DNA of 64,000 bases from the human T2T-CHM13v2.0 reference genome, Homo sapiens (GCF_009914755.1 NC_060935.1); one strand, 5' to 3'; numbered from the stretch's first letter, positions 1 to 13,848 are shown. Notes: generated by a model from the sequence alone, not told the origin. Made by a program: numbers and translations.

Positions 1-649
1 TTACTTTTTTATTCTTTAAACCTTAGCTAAAGTATTTGGTATACTACATTTGTTTTTATATAGTTATTTGTAATCTTTTGGGTAGAGAAAATAAAACCAA
101 GTATTATTATCTACAGCTTTCCAACAGAATTGGCTTCAAAAATCTTTCTGTACATTTTCAGCAAAAAAAAAAGTCATCAGAAAGGAGAAAAAAGATTTAA
201 AAGAAAATCCCAAATTATTTGGAAAATTGATAGAAATAGACTCTCACCCATAGAAATGTGGAATATTCAATTAAAAACTTGTAAAGAGGCTCAACATTGT
301 TTTCTAGTGATATTTTAATTTGTCAAGGAAAAGATTATATGCAGATAAAAAATTGTAACATCTTAGAGTTAGAAATTCCCTGGAGATCAAACCCTTGCAG
401 CCTCTTCATACCTCAAGTGATAAGCAGTTTGTCACCATTATCACAAATATTTGCAGAGCACAAATTAGATGCCAGGCAATGTCTCCAGTATGGGTTGCAA
501 AATTGAACAGGACAAAGATGAAGAAACAGCGCCCATTGTCATGGAAGTACATTTGCGTGGACTATCTGCCATGTACACAACAAGCTGAGTTGTTTAAATT
601 TTGCTCCTCATATCATCCAGACCCTGCCTCCTGTGTCCTCAGGGACTCA

Positions 650-1130
650 TAGAGCTCAGAGTTAAGATTATCTTGGAGGTCTTCTAAGCCAGCCTTTTAC
701 AGGTGTAGGAAACCTCTCTGTGGAAGCCATAGTTGAACACTGTCCCATGGATGGGCTCAAATAGGTCAGTGTTTCTGGTAAAACTGAGCACAGCCTTCCA
801 CCTGTGGTCCAGCATTATGAAGTGAAGCCATTTCCTCTCTAGTTTTAGACACTAGACATCCCCCAAGGAAGGCAGCCTGAGATTTTGTTAGCTGCTGCAC
901 ATAGTTACCTGGCATAAAGCTGATGGTCAGCTGTAAACCTTAGGCCTTTTATAACATGCATTGCTTCGGAGTCAAGCCTCCCACATCCTGTACTTGTATA
1001 TTGGATTTTTTGACCCTGAATGTAGGACTTTGCATTAATCTTGTTTATGTTTCATTATGGTTAAAATTGGCCCACATTCTAGCTTATTTTGAGCTTTATG
1101 AGTCTTGATTATTTTCTCCAAATGGTTTTG
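650..1130 (-). mobile_element. L3/CR1 LINE fragment
   Basis: cccacatcctgtacttgtatattggattttttgaccctgaatgtaggactttgcatt resembles the recalled L3 consensus. Confidence 0.65.
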
Positions 1131-1755
1131 ATTGATTACTTCATTTGTAAGTAACTTTTGCGTGTTCTCCTTCCATATATGTGTATTTATTGTTTTATAA
1201 ATTATATGTATGTGTCATTAGCTAATACCTCAAGGCACAGTATATACTAAAGGCAAGATACAAATAGTGAATTAAATTCATATTTCACATCATCCTGAGG
1301 ATTTCATTTTTTTTGTTTTTTTCTGATCAGATGTTATTAAATCATTGTTGTTTTTATCTGGTAGGACGAACATAGTGCTCGTACTAGGAATAGTAGAACT
1401 ATCCATTCTGCTATCTTCCTGTTGTTCACTTATGCTTTCATTATTAGTATTATCTTCAATACACTATGTTTTTGTGGGAATCTTTTTTGTAAGCCAGCTG
1501 TTCATTTAGGGAAGATTGGTTTAGTTAAAACTAGAAAATGTATTGCATAAATCCACTTAACAGAGCTCAACTAAAAGGCTGTGTGTGATAATACGGGGAA
1601 GAGAAAAACAGATGAGAGAAGGCCCTCCAGTCCTCTGCTGTGATGACCTACTCTGCCCTTAGACTCGCATCCCTGGCATGACATGCCATCCTCCCAGTTA
1701 CAGACCAGGTGGCAGTATCGCTGTGAGTCAGGGCATTTAAAATGTTAGTGAAGCT

Positions 1756-2095
<340 letters not shown>

Positions 2096-2219
2096 TTAGT
2101 TTAAAAATAGACAGAAAGTGCTCAAGTACTGCCTTCCCACAACGTAGTGAGCCGCCTTGCATACCTCTCGGTGCTATACTCACCCTGCTTTAGTGATCTC
2201 TCCTCTCGTATATCAGTTG

Positions 2220-2490
2220 TCTGCAATTTTTTTGTCATCCATATTTTGACAGCTCACTTTTAGGTGTTCATTCCAGTCGTATATAAAAGTAGGAGTTGAA
2301 AGAAGGATTAAGACAAATTACTGGAACAATTGCGACCTCTTTCTAGGTTGACATCGATCCATTTATCAACCCTCTTGAGGTACGGTTTTTTAACTAGATG
2401 GGAATAAGCTTAACTGTTTTGACAAACGGCCCCTAATTTTTCCGTCTGGGCTAGAAGATTATCATAAGACATACAGTCAAACACGTTGAT
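2220..2490 (-). mobile_element. L3/CR1 fragment (likely continuation of 650-1130)
   Basis: aggttgacatcgatccatttatcaaccctcttgaggtacggtt resembles L3. Confidence 0.6.
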
Positions 2491-2499
2491 TCTAGTGGT

Positions 2500-2715
2500 A
2501 ACTGTGACTACCACTTATTGGGTGCCTCCCCAGTAACAGGCTTAGTACTAGGCTCTTTACAAATGTTATTTCATTTGTTTCTCATGGGGAGCCTATGAGA
2601 TGGGAATTTGATTCCTGTGTTGGGAGGAAAAAGTTAGGAAACTGAGACACGGAAGGGTAAATTTGGGGGCAGCTGTAAGTGTCACATGAGCAGGCTTTTT
2701 GACATTAGAGTCTGT
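2500..2715 (-). mobile_element. MIR SINE
   Basis: cttattgggtgcct...ctttacaaatgttatttcattt...ggaaactgagacacgga MIR core. Confidence 0.7.
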
Positions 2716-3244
2716 CATTAGGAAATGTACTAGGGCATGTCCACCACATAAATCCCTAGAGTGAACGACAAGATGGTTTCAAAGGATGCAGAAACATAAG
2801 TTTTAAATCACTGTGTTCTCTGAGTATGTAACACTTTACCCCCTTTTGAAAATTGGGACATCTGCATGTCTGTAATATGCTAGCCTCCCTCTTCTCTTTG
2901 CCACACTGCCTAGGGGACAGGTACCAGTGTGTTTTTGGTTCATATGCATGCTCCTTTAACAACCCAGGTAGAGGTTGCCAGGACCTGGACACAGGAACAT
3001 GTGCAAAGTAGCTGGGTGCCCTCTTACTCTATCCTCACCTACCTTTGACTGCAGTCCCCCTTTGCTGTGTTTATCTGTGCTGGTTGGAGAATCATTTGAG
3101 GAAACAGAGCTGTTTTCTCTGCCATCTGCTGCTGTCTTGCCACCTTCCGGAAACAGTGGCTTTCTGTTCTCTGGCGGGTGTGTATAAACCAAGCAATTTA
3201 GAGTTAGGATACTAACGTATCATTTCAAATGATACGTTAGTTAT

Positions 3245-3650
3245 TTTCAGTTTTTACTGTAAATTTTCAAACGAATTTTAAAAATCGAAAAAATAGTACA
3301 GTGGATACCTATTTACCAACCAGGTAGATTCAAATTAATGTTTTCCATATTTGCTCTTTCTATACTTCTTTTTCTGAAAATTTAAAGGGATGCAGACATC
3401 ATGACACCTAACTCCTGAATAATGACTGTGTCTCAGAGTTGTATCTGCTAAAAATAAGGATATAATCTCTAAAATAAGGTCATTCGCCTACATAACTGCA
3501 ATGCCATTTTCATACATAAGAAAATTAACACGAATTCTCTAGTATCGTGTAATACCCAGTGCAATTATCCCTCCGAAATGTATTATGTATTTTTTTCCCC
3601 AAACTAGGATTCAATTAGGTTTCATACATTGCATTTGGCTTTTATATCTC
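3245..3650 (-). mobile_element. Old L1M (L1MC4/5-like) 3' end fragment
   Basis: cagacatcatgac...aaataagga...cataactgcaatgccatt...aaaattaaca...acattgcatttgg pattern. Confidence 0.65.
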
Positions 3651-4489
3651 CAATAGTTTTAGAATTTAGGCTTTTGTTGTGACAGAGGTGAGAATAAAAG
3701 ATCTGGATGATTTTCAAAAAAATATTTAAATCCCATCTCACATGAAGGATGACTTTTCAGATTAAATAGACTATTGATCTAGATTATTCCGGTGGTTTTT
3801 TACTTGGTAGTAAATGGCGCCGGATATGTTAAAGTTGTAAAATATAGAAATCTCTAAAGTGTGTACATGAACCACATCTTAACAGAGGCAGTCCATCAAC
3901 TGTAAATGTACATGGGACCTGAGTACTTTGATGCTGTTGTATGTGTGAGACCATCTCATAAGCAAATAATGCATCAAGGGTTTTGGCTCAGCACTGGTAA
4001 TGGATTATAATAGATTGAAATTAAATATGATATAAGTGACAGGAAAATTCTGCCAGGTAAGTAAATAATTGATTAATCATCCCCCAGTTAAACCTGGCAA
4101 GTTAAATTGCAGGGCTGGAATCGAATGCTTGGTAGAAGCTCCTCTCCACATTTTAGTCCTGATAAAAACTGTGCTGAAGAAGAAAAGAAAAACCAGAAAC
4201 TGTTCAGAGGAAGGGCCTGTCCCTTGCTGTGTCTTATTTGCGGCATGGCATTGTGTGTATTCGTTGCGCTGTGGAAGTAGTGATAAGAAAATGAAGATCC
4301 AGGAAAGAGCTGTCACAGAAAACATAAACAAGTAGAGATCCATGGTTGCTTGGAAATCAACAAATTTAGAAGGCAAGTGACAGCATATCTTTCCTTTTTT
4401 CATTTTGTTTTGATTGTGATAAGTGGGATCAATATGACTTAGCATAGCAAAACTGGTCCCAGTGTGTGCGTGTTACTGTGTAGCTGCCA

Positions 4490-4622
4490 CTGGACGGTCA
4501 AATGACCTTGGCTCAGTCACTAGCCTGCCAGTAGTCTGGGTGTCTGGTTTCTAATCTGTAAATAATAGACTTGGATGGGAGATCTCTGAGGTGCCTTCCA
4601 GCTCTTCAGATCTAAGATTCTA
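4490..4622 (+). mobile_element. MIR3/MIR fragment
   Basis: atgaccttgg...atctgtaaa...gatctctgaggtgccttccagctct...gattcta 3' end. Confidence 0.6.
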
Positions 4623-7600
4623 ACAGCCAGAAACCTCTGTAACATAGTGCTCTCCTGATTTCCTCGTGTGATTATAACTGGTCTTTGTCATGATGACCCT
4701 CGGCCGTTACAGTCTTCCATGTGTCTCCTGAGTCATCAAAGAAAAATTAAGGTGTGCACTTAGTTTATATGAAGCATATGATTTTGTTCTACTTCTTAAA
4801 GATTAGCAGTATTCCCCTAACACTTTATTAACGAGAATGCTTTATGAATCAGAATAGTCCATTCTGTGACCATGTAGAATAAGAGAAATTTTATTGTAAT
4901 TAGAAAAAGATGTATATATTTTAAAAAATGGAATAACCACTAATACATTAAAGTTACTGCTTAAAAGCCCTTAATTTACAGTAATGCAGCAACCTAAGTG
5001 AAAAAGAGCTGACCCTACTCATTACCCAAGGCAATGTTATGTTGGATTTTAATTATAAAGATCGGTTCAGCATTTGTATTTTCTGGGTCAGCAGAATATG
5101 TCCTGTATAGCCTTTAACAAACTTTTTAGACTTTTAAAGCTATGATTTCTGCACTGTAAAATGGGAAAAATACAGTACATGTGTCAAAGAGTAGTAAAAG
5201 GATGAAACGAAATCACAAATCGTGTATGTAAAGAGCCTGGGGCATAATAGGTGTTGAGAAATGTTAATGATCATAGCCATTGTGGTATCACTGAGTCCTT
5301 GGCAATTTCATTCAGGGTGGAGAGTCCTCCAACCAATCTGCATGACCAGGAATCAAGACTCATTATGTTATGTCAGTCATCTTAATTGGCTAGCAACATT
5401 GGATTGACCTTACAGCAATTCACTGACTACCTCATAACCTGAGAAAGATAGATACCTCCACTTAGCTTAATATGGAAAATAAGAATTCATAATACACTGA
5501 TTCAAGCTACTTGAACATTTTGTCTTAGAAAAGATTGACACTCATTCATTCACTCTTTCCATTTTACTGACCCCAGAAATGCCAATAGCAGCTGCCTTAT
5601 CTTCAAATGTAAACATATAATAATATGAACAAAGAATTCACAAAACAGACCTTTGTGGTAAAATGTGATGATTATTCTTTATATTTGAATCTGAGCTAGA
5701 TCAAATCACATTTCCCTAAATATAAAAAGCACAAACGGCAAAAACATGATACAATTCAGGAATCATGCTCAACGCTGGCAGTACGATACCCATTCACTAC
5801 ATTATATGAAATGATTTAGTATTTGTTTCTGGAACAATTGCCAAAAGGAAAAATCAGAATCTCCCACTCAATCTTTCATCTTAGAAACTTTAAAATACTC
5901 TTATCCATATTAATGAAGACAACTCCAACATTGTGAATAGTGGGCAAGTGACACTATTATCCTGTCTTATTGGCTCTCTCCTCTTCTTTTTAAACACCTG
6001 TCTATCCGTAGTCTTCTTCATTGCTATACAATTAGAAAAAGGTTAGCTTTTAATATTTTCCAAGTCCATGTAAAGAAGGGTTTCTATTTCCACTTCATGT
6101 GTGTGTCAATTGAGGTCAGAATGGCATTATCCTTGTGTGATTGGGAGCATGGACCCCACCCCACCCCCACTTTCCTCCACCCCCTGAGAAACAGGCCATG
6201 AAGTGGTAAGAGTCTGTGATAATTTAGGCACATCTAAAAGCAAATAACCCTCTCCGGAGGCAGTTTCTTGAGGCACCAGCATCAGGATTTATTTTTCTGG
6301 AAACAAGCATCGCCATAGAAATTGACTCTGGTGACACTCCTTTTTTGGGTTGGAAAATGTCAGAGTCTTTGGTTTTAATCAAAATTGCTCATAATCTGGC
6401 TTAACGATGCCATAAAGGCCTTGGTTTGCTCTGCCCCAGGTGAATGAAAATATTTGCTGTGAAAAATAGGTTATTAGTTTTATAGCTCTACCTACTTCAA
6501 TGCCTCTATCAAGAGTACGAGAAGAGATATTAAATCTCAATTTTTAATAAAATTATTGACATCATTGGGGAGCTTTATAACACTTGACATTTGCTTTCAG
6601 CGTTGGGGGAAGAAAGAGAAAGTAAATTGATTTGATATTTATTTCCTAGGTTGGAGTACAAGTTACTTTAAACATAAAATATGTGTGTTGCCTTTGAATA
6701 CAATGAGCAGAATGGGTTGTTGGTTCTGAAAATGAACATAAATTTTAAGATAAAATGGGTAATGTAATGATAATAAGGTAATCTGATTGCTAAATGAACC
6801 TGTTTGATTATATTCCTCATTGGATTCCTGTTGCCACCTAGACACTCTTCCAAATTGATATAAAGTATTGTTTGAACCCAGAACATACAGCTCAGGAGTG
6901 AAAATACAGATCACATAATGAAGTTAACTTCTTTTCAGTAATGGGCTTTCAGTATTATTTTTTCTACAAGAGTTTAAAACAAAACTTTCAGAAAATATCT
7001 TTGAATGTGAACTTGCTTGCAGAGACTATCTGTCTATATTCCAATGGAATTTGCTTCTAGTGAATGATTGTGAGATACTGGGGCCAGGGCAGCGATGGAG
7101 TTGATGGCAATGGTTGCTAGGCAGAGGCCATCTGGGACTGGACAAGGCCTAGCGAAGGCTTTGTGGGATAGAGGGAAGCCAAGGGTCTTCTGTTACTACC
7201 TTAGCAGGTCGGTTTGCCTATCACTGGCTGGTTCAAATCCCAGATAATCAATATGGAAAGGTTCCTAATACAGTGGGATAAGTGAGGGGTCTGTGTCTTA
7301 GGAAAAAAAAAAAAACCTGCTTATTAAAGTGTCAACCCTTTATCACCATTTGTCACTGGCCTCTAAAGGGAGCTGTTCAGGAATGGGCGTGCCTCTTTGA
7401 AAACATGAGATCCATTTTCCTGAAGAATGATCTCAATTGATAAGTTTCCTAGTTGTGCCATTATATTGCTACCAAATTCTTTTGAAAATATGCTGGCTTC
7501 TGCAGTGATCACTTGCATTTTCAGGAAAAGGCCTACAAAACTTGTATAAAGGCCAGCTGCAATTCGGTTTATCTGTTCCTACACTATGTGCAACAGACTG

Positions 7601-9739
7601 TCTGAATTCTTTTTCCTTTCCTTACTAAAGACGATGCCAGCTTATTTACCCCAGCAGTGTTCTTAATGTAGATGTTAAACTGCGCGATAGATTTTTAAAT
7701 GAATTTTTAATTACTTTCTGCTATTCTGAGCTCATTGCAATCAGCAGCCATCTTGCTTGAGGATAAAACAAAACAAAAACGGCTAGCTCATGGGAGGAGC
7801 AAAGGCCTTTGCAGGAGTGGAGGACAGAAGCCCATTGTCAGCGACAGCTGCTGAAAGCTTTCCCCAAGCACAGGCTCAACTGCCAGAGGGTTCTGGAGGC
7901 TTTGAGTTTTCCGCTGATGGTTCCTCTTCTCTAATGAGGTCACCTCTCAGCACAGTAGGTGGGACGACTCTGCTAATGGGAGATTCAGAAACGCAGATTG
8001 CAATTACAGTCTTTGTTTCCAGCCATCTCCCGTAGTTTCTGAACAACCCCAGAAGCTTGTAACAGGGACAGCTCCTCTACAAATACGTAACACAGCCAGA
8101 TAGGACATATCATTTATGGGGCATCACCTCAGTGCCAGATGCTATATGGTGAGAATGATGCTGGCCAGGAATTTATGTGACGCCATTTTTATAACATTTA
8201 AAGCTATGCCATTTACAGTTTCATATAGTCAGACAAGTCTTATCATCCACATTACGCCATGAAAAATGCACGGTTCAGAGGGTATAAGTTGTCTGTCCGT
8301 GGCCACTACTCTAGGCTCCATATTCTGCAAAATGGGAATAATACAATCATACCTGTGCCAGTTAGAGTTTTATAAAATACTATGTGTGAAAACACTTTAA
8401 AAATGGGTGAATGCTCTACAAATATCATGTCTTACAACAATTAATCCTAAAATGCATATTTTTTGAGTACCACACAGAGAATAGAAGCAGATAAACATCT
8501 TCTCTCCCCTCCTTTCACTTTCCTTAATGGAATCTGAGGAGAAGCCCGACCTAGGGACCTAGGGACGACAGAGCCCTGGTCATCTGGACTGGGGCAGTTC
8601 GGACGTGCAGGTGTGGCTCCCAGCAGCCGCTTCCATCTCTGCTTTCCCGTCCCAGGATTAGGATGCTCATGTCGCCATGATAACAGGCCGCTGCCCTACT
8701 CCCAGCTGGCCAGATCAGTCACCTGGGCCAGTTCTGGCTGGGTCATTTTTTGTTTGTTTGCGGAGCTTTTTTTTTTTTTTCCTTTTTTTTCTTTTTTTCT
8801 TTTTAAGTTAACTAGATCAAACTCCATATCTCATTTGGATTTTTCTGTCCTCTTAATTTCTGTATATTTTTTGGGTCTGATTGTAAATTAGTAATTCTCT
8901 TAGTGAGGCAGAATGAAGCGCAGAACACCAAACAAGATTCTGCTTGAATTCCAGCCCCAAGGTGAGGAAGTGGGCATTCATCCAAGTGAAAATTTTTGTT
9001 AACGTTAGGTAAGGATTCAAAGGCTCTGACCCAAAGCTTTAGTACGTCTCCTTATCTTAGATTGAATTGATGCATAACTGTATGAATGTTTTTGTCAGGC
9101 ATCACCATAGGTACTTTCAAACCTGCTCACTCAATTCCTGCAGTAGTTTTGGGTGGAGGGAATTATTCTCCCCTTTGTTTACAGTGAAGACTCTTCCAAG
9201 TCTCAGGAAAGCTGCTTGGCTCCAAGGCAAGGGCTCCTCCCCTCTGCTGCGCTGCTTCTCTGCACAGCCATATGAATGGGGCTCTTCACTCTTCTCAGAG
9301 AGGTCAGTGGGCAGCAAGATAAGGCAGAAGCCAATGAGTGACTGTCTCACCTCCTCACTCTCCTCCTTGGGCTGAGAGCTCCAGCATCTCAGCTACTCTC
9401 TAAAAGGATCTTGCAGTAACCAAAGTGGAACATCACTTTCTGGTCTTCCAAGACCAGACCAACTAGTCGGGGACTTCCAAAGGGAACAAATTGCCTATAC
9501 TTCCTTCAGACCAAGCATCCTGAAAGTCGTTTGAAGTTGCCTGGACTACTTTGGGTGGGAGCCAGTACCTCTGCTGGACCCGGGGTGGGGCCTGCCAGCT
9601 GGGGGGGCCTTCCTCCAAGACAAGGGTGCACATTCCCACAGCAAAGCCTGGCTAGGGCTGTGCCTTTCTGATGTGATGGGCATGTGACATCCTGCTGATG
9701 AGAACAATGACAAGAGCAAACATATGTTGAGGGATTCAC

Positions 9740-11450
9740 TGGAGCGCCACATGCATAGTGATATTAAGGAAGAGATTGGATTCAAAAAACCCACTGGGAA
9801 ACCATTATAATAATCCAAATAAGGGAAGATAACATCTGGCTGAGGACAGGGCAGAGGAAGTGGGAGAGTAGATAAATGGAAGAAATAAGATGAAGGAAGG
9901 ATCAGAAGGGCTGGTGGCTGAGTTGAGGAGGTAGGTGTAAAACTTGCAAGATTTAGAACTGGGTGCCAGTGATGAGAAGTCCTCAAGATCTCCACAATTT
10001 CTATTTCCCTCTCTGTCTCTAAATAAAACTGTTTTTCTTTAATTACAAATAGTGAGGAAAAATTTATTTTTTTACCTTCACTTTTTAGTGTTTCGTTTAA
10101 TTACTTATACTGTTACCATATTGCTTTCTGCTACTTTTCATTGCAGATGGATTAGCCAAACTTTGTTTCCTAGCCAGAGAACAAACTGAATTACTATTTA
10201 TAATGCAGTTTCTATGGAAAATGAATTATACATTTCAAACAGCCTCACAAATAGAATTTTGGAATACGGAGTTGTGGACTTCTTTTATTGACTTTTATTT
10301 GAAAAAGAGATATTCTTATAGTAGATGTGGGATTGACTCTCAGAAGAAAGGTAAAATTGGGCAGCATATATGTGGGAGTCATTTGCATAAAAGTGAGAAT
10401 TTAAGAGGATGAAAATGATCAAAAAGTGGGCAGCGGGGAAAATCAAGGCAGCAGTGTACTCCATTTGTCCAGCTAGTTTAGAACTGAAAGGAAAATGAAT
10501 ACAAAGTCTGCTTTATTTAAAATAAAAAAATAAATAAACATTTCTAAGGTAAAAGTCAATTGCGAAAAATAAAGGTAAATCTCTCTTTTAGGAAAGACCA
10601 ATTTTGGTGAATTTATCTGTGAGTTGTAAAGAATATTAATTAATATATCAAGCAATGTAAATGTTCTTTTTGAAAAAAATGGATTGGGCCATCATTCTAG
10701 TTTAAAATGATTTATGATTAATTTATTTGTCTGAGGCAAAGGAATGGTTTGTGGCAAAGGGCTGGTGGTGGCCCTGTCTATATGGAAACTGCATGAGTCC
10801 CTCGGGTTCGTATGCATGCCTCTCTGAGCTGTGACATCAGCCTGCTCACTTGGGATTTCCTGTTGAGAGTATACTTTTACTTCCAAGTTGCTATATTTAA
10901 TTCAACTCCACAAGGCTTTATTAAGCATCTTTCATTCATATGCTAGCACCAATATAGGCGCTGGGAGGAGTCAACAGCATAGGACCCTTTCCCTGCCATT
11001 AAGAAATTTGTAACTCATTTGGGGAGGCAAGACAAACCGACATCAGCCAGTTAGAGTTCATAAAAGGTGGAGTATCTTCTTTCTGTTCCCAAACTGTTGG
11101 GCAGTTTTTATTGCAGGGACATGGAAAGAAAGAGAGAATGAGAGAGAGAGAGCATGCTCTGGAAACTGAAGCAGTATCAGGAGACCTTGTGAAGGAAGAG
11201 GGATTTGGGAAGAGTTTGAGTGGATTCAGGATAGAATATCATCAGACTAGGAAGAAGGGGAAAGATGAGCTGGGCAAGGAGGAAGGGATGATCAAAGCCT
11301 CATCCTGATTGTCCACATCAGGAATTATGGGAGAGGAAGCCCAGATAGTTGAGGTGTGGTCAGTTAAAGTGTGAAGACCTCGAATGCCTGGCTAATTTAT
11401 GTGACCTTGGTCTAATAAGTAGTAGGAGCAGGATATGGCCAGTGAGACAA
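9740..11450 (-). mobile_element. Degraded L2 fragments (about 9740-9990 and 10895-11450)
   Basis: L2 3' end (ttcaac...tttattaagcatct...ccctgcc...aagaaattt) and purine-rich L2 body; boundaries approximate. Confidence 0.55.
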
Positions 11451-13453
11451 AGCAGTATTGAGCACAAAACTGTGCAAAGCCAGGTAATGGTGCTTGTGCT
11501 CCTCAGTGGGACCTCATGAGCCACGTTGACATTCTGAGATGACAAGCCTAAGAATAATGAATCTGTCAGTCCTCTGGCTCTTAATGACCTGAATCCTAAA
11601 TGTACAAGGGGAATGGCCCTAACTTGAAAAATGCCAGCTGCAACCAAATGGAAAGAAGTGTAAAGTCCAGATAGAAAATCTCTTGCAAAAGAGAGAATGA
11701 AGCTGTGGGACCCTTGTCAATTTTCAAAAGCCACAACCCAGTCAGGCAGCACATATCGGAGCTCAAGAGAGAAAATATGGCCACATTGAATTGACCATCT
11801 TCGTGATCCTGAAAGCATTGCCTGTAAGTGAAAATATACTCACTCCTGGGGAGGCTGAAAATGACTAGTCAATTAGATATGGTCAGGAGACATTCCCCTA
11901 CTTGAGAAATTCAATGAATTTTTCACTTTTAAGGCAGGTTTGCCATTGTGTAGAAAAAGCCATAGAACTTCCTGATTGGTGCACACATTCTGAGAGCCCA
12001 GCATTCCACTCACTATTGCATGAAGTTGAAATGATAGGAAAAAAGGAATCTGCAGCTGTCTCTTTTTTCCTGCTCTTCCGCTTCTGTCGTCAGTTTTCGT
12101 GGAAAGCTTTTAATGCAGGGGCAAGGTTTTGCTAGCAGAGCCAGGCCCATACCAGCAGCTCTTAGCTTTCAGTTTTCTGAGCTTTGTTACTCATCGGTTA
12201 TAGTGGTCTGTTCTTATCCCCAGTGTAGCAAGTTCTAAATCCCATCAGCTTACCAATCCACTGGGCTGAGAAGCTGACTTGGGAAGGATGGAAAATGGAT
12301 GTAGGAGTGAACCACAGAACAGAAAGATCCCCAGCAGAGCTGCAAGCTTGGGGGTGGGAGGGGAAGGGGATGGAGGAGGCACACTGGGCATTTGATCATC
12401 TCTAAGTGCATAAAACTTGCCTGTGACACACCTAGAATGGGTCATTTAAGTGTACATTTGCAGTGGGTTCCAGAAAAATATAAGAAATGGTTGAAAGCAT
12501 CCAAAAATTTAAGAATCCTTTCTAATGAGTTTCAGGAAGGCATCTCTCATGGGAGCCTGGGGTGCTGCAAAGTTGCTGTTGGAACTTCAGCATCACAGCT
12601 CTGGTCTTACTTCTTTGATGTACCCCATGTGTGGGGCATCACAGGCCCTGCCTTTGCAAACAAAACCCAGGTGTAAAGGCTGCAGAAGTCTTGCTGTGGA
12701 TGGGCTGTGTTTCCACCATACTGCATCTGTGCATTTCTGCTTTGGGCATTATGGTTTCCATTTCTTTTAACAAGTGGCAACTACAACTGCCACAATCCCC
12801 TTGGCAACTTCTCTTTTCCAAGCCAATATATGAAACAAATCAGTGTAATATGCTCTAAAAATATCCATGTGATGCTTTAAAAATGCGTATTTCCAACATG
12901 TTCTCCTTCAGAGCACTTTGCCTTGGCAGGTAAGCACTACCTTTACATGCTTTTGCTCTTTATGGACTAGGCCCATCCTTAGCCAGGTTGATTTTACTTT
13001 TATTCATGCTCTTTATGAAATTGGCTCAGATATAGGAACATGGAGCATTTGTAACTGTTACTTATTCATTTAATCAACAAAACTATATTCAACATTCATT
13101 GCTGTCCATTGTTCTAGGTGCTGAATATAAAAAGATTAAAAATTTGGTCCTTCCTTCAAGGATCATGAAAGGAAACAAGCAAGTACACAAATATTTGGCA
13201 CCATAGGCAGAATGAAATTCTAGAGGTCTTTGCATGCTGTATTAAGAGCATTTACTCAGTTATCTCATTGGCTGGGATAGCAAGCCATTGCAAAGTGTTA
13301 AGAAAGGCAGTGACATCATCCTCATCTTTAGGCTTTATAAAGATGACTCTGGTATAAGAGAAGAATGAATTATAGAGGGTCGAGCCAGACAGATTCAATT
13401 GCTGGTAGTTCAGGTGAGGTTTATATGAGCCTAAACTGCAGCAATGTCTATAA

Positions 13454-13746
<293 letters not shown>

Positions 13747-13848
13747 AGCAATGTCTGTGATTTAAAGGAAAGGATAGTTAGAGGAGATATTTAGAGAGAA
13801 TTGACAGAAAGTTGTTACTGGGATTTGGCAGTGGGGAGGGGGGGCACA

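Noticed and set aside
8293-8306. RE1-like CTGTCCGTGG
   Set aside because: Half-site only; the TGCTGA half is absent.
8990-9014. TAG|GTAAGG possible recursive site (similar motifs at 15970, 43999 and 6439)
   Set aside because: Polypyrimidine tracts are short or interrupted, or the rebuilt donor is weak; such motifs are expected by chance in 60 kb.
10381-10395. OCT-SOX composite-like ATTTGCATAAAAGTG
   Set aside because: The octamer is perfect but the SOX half has two core mismatches.
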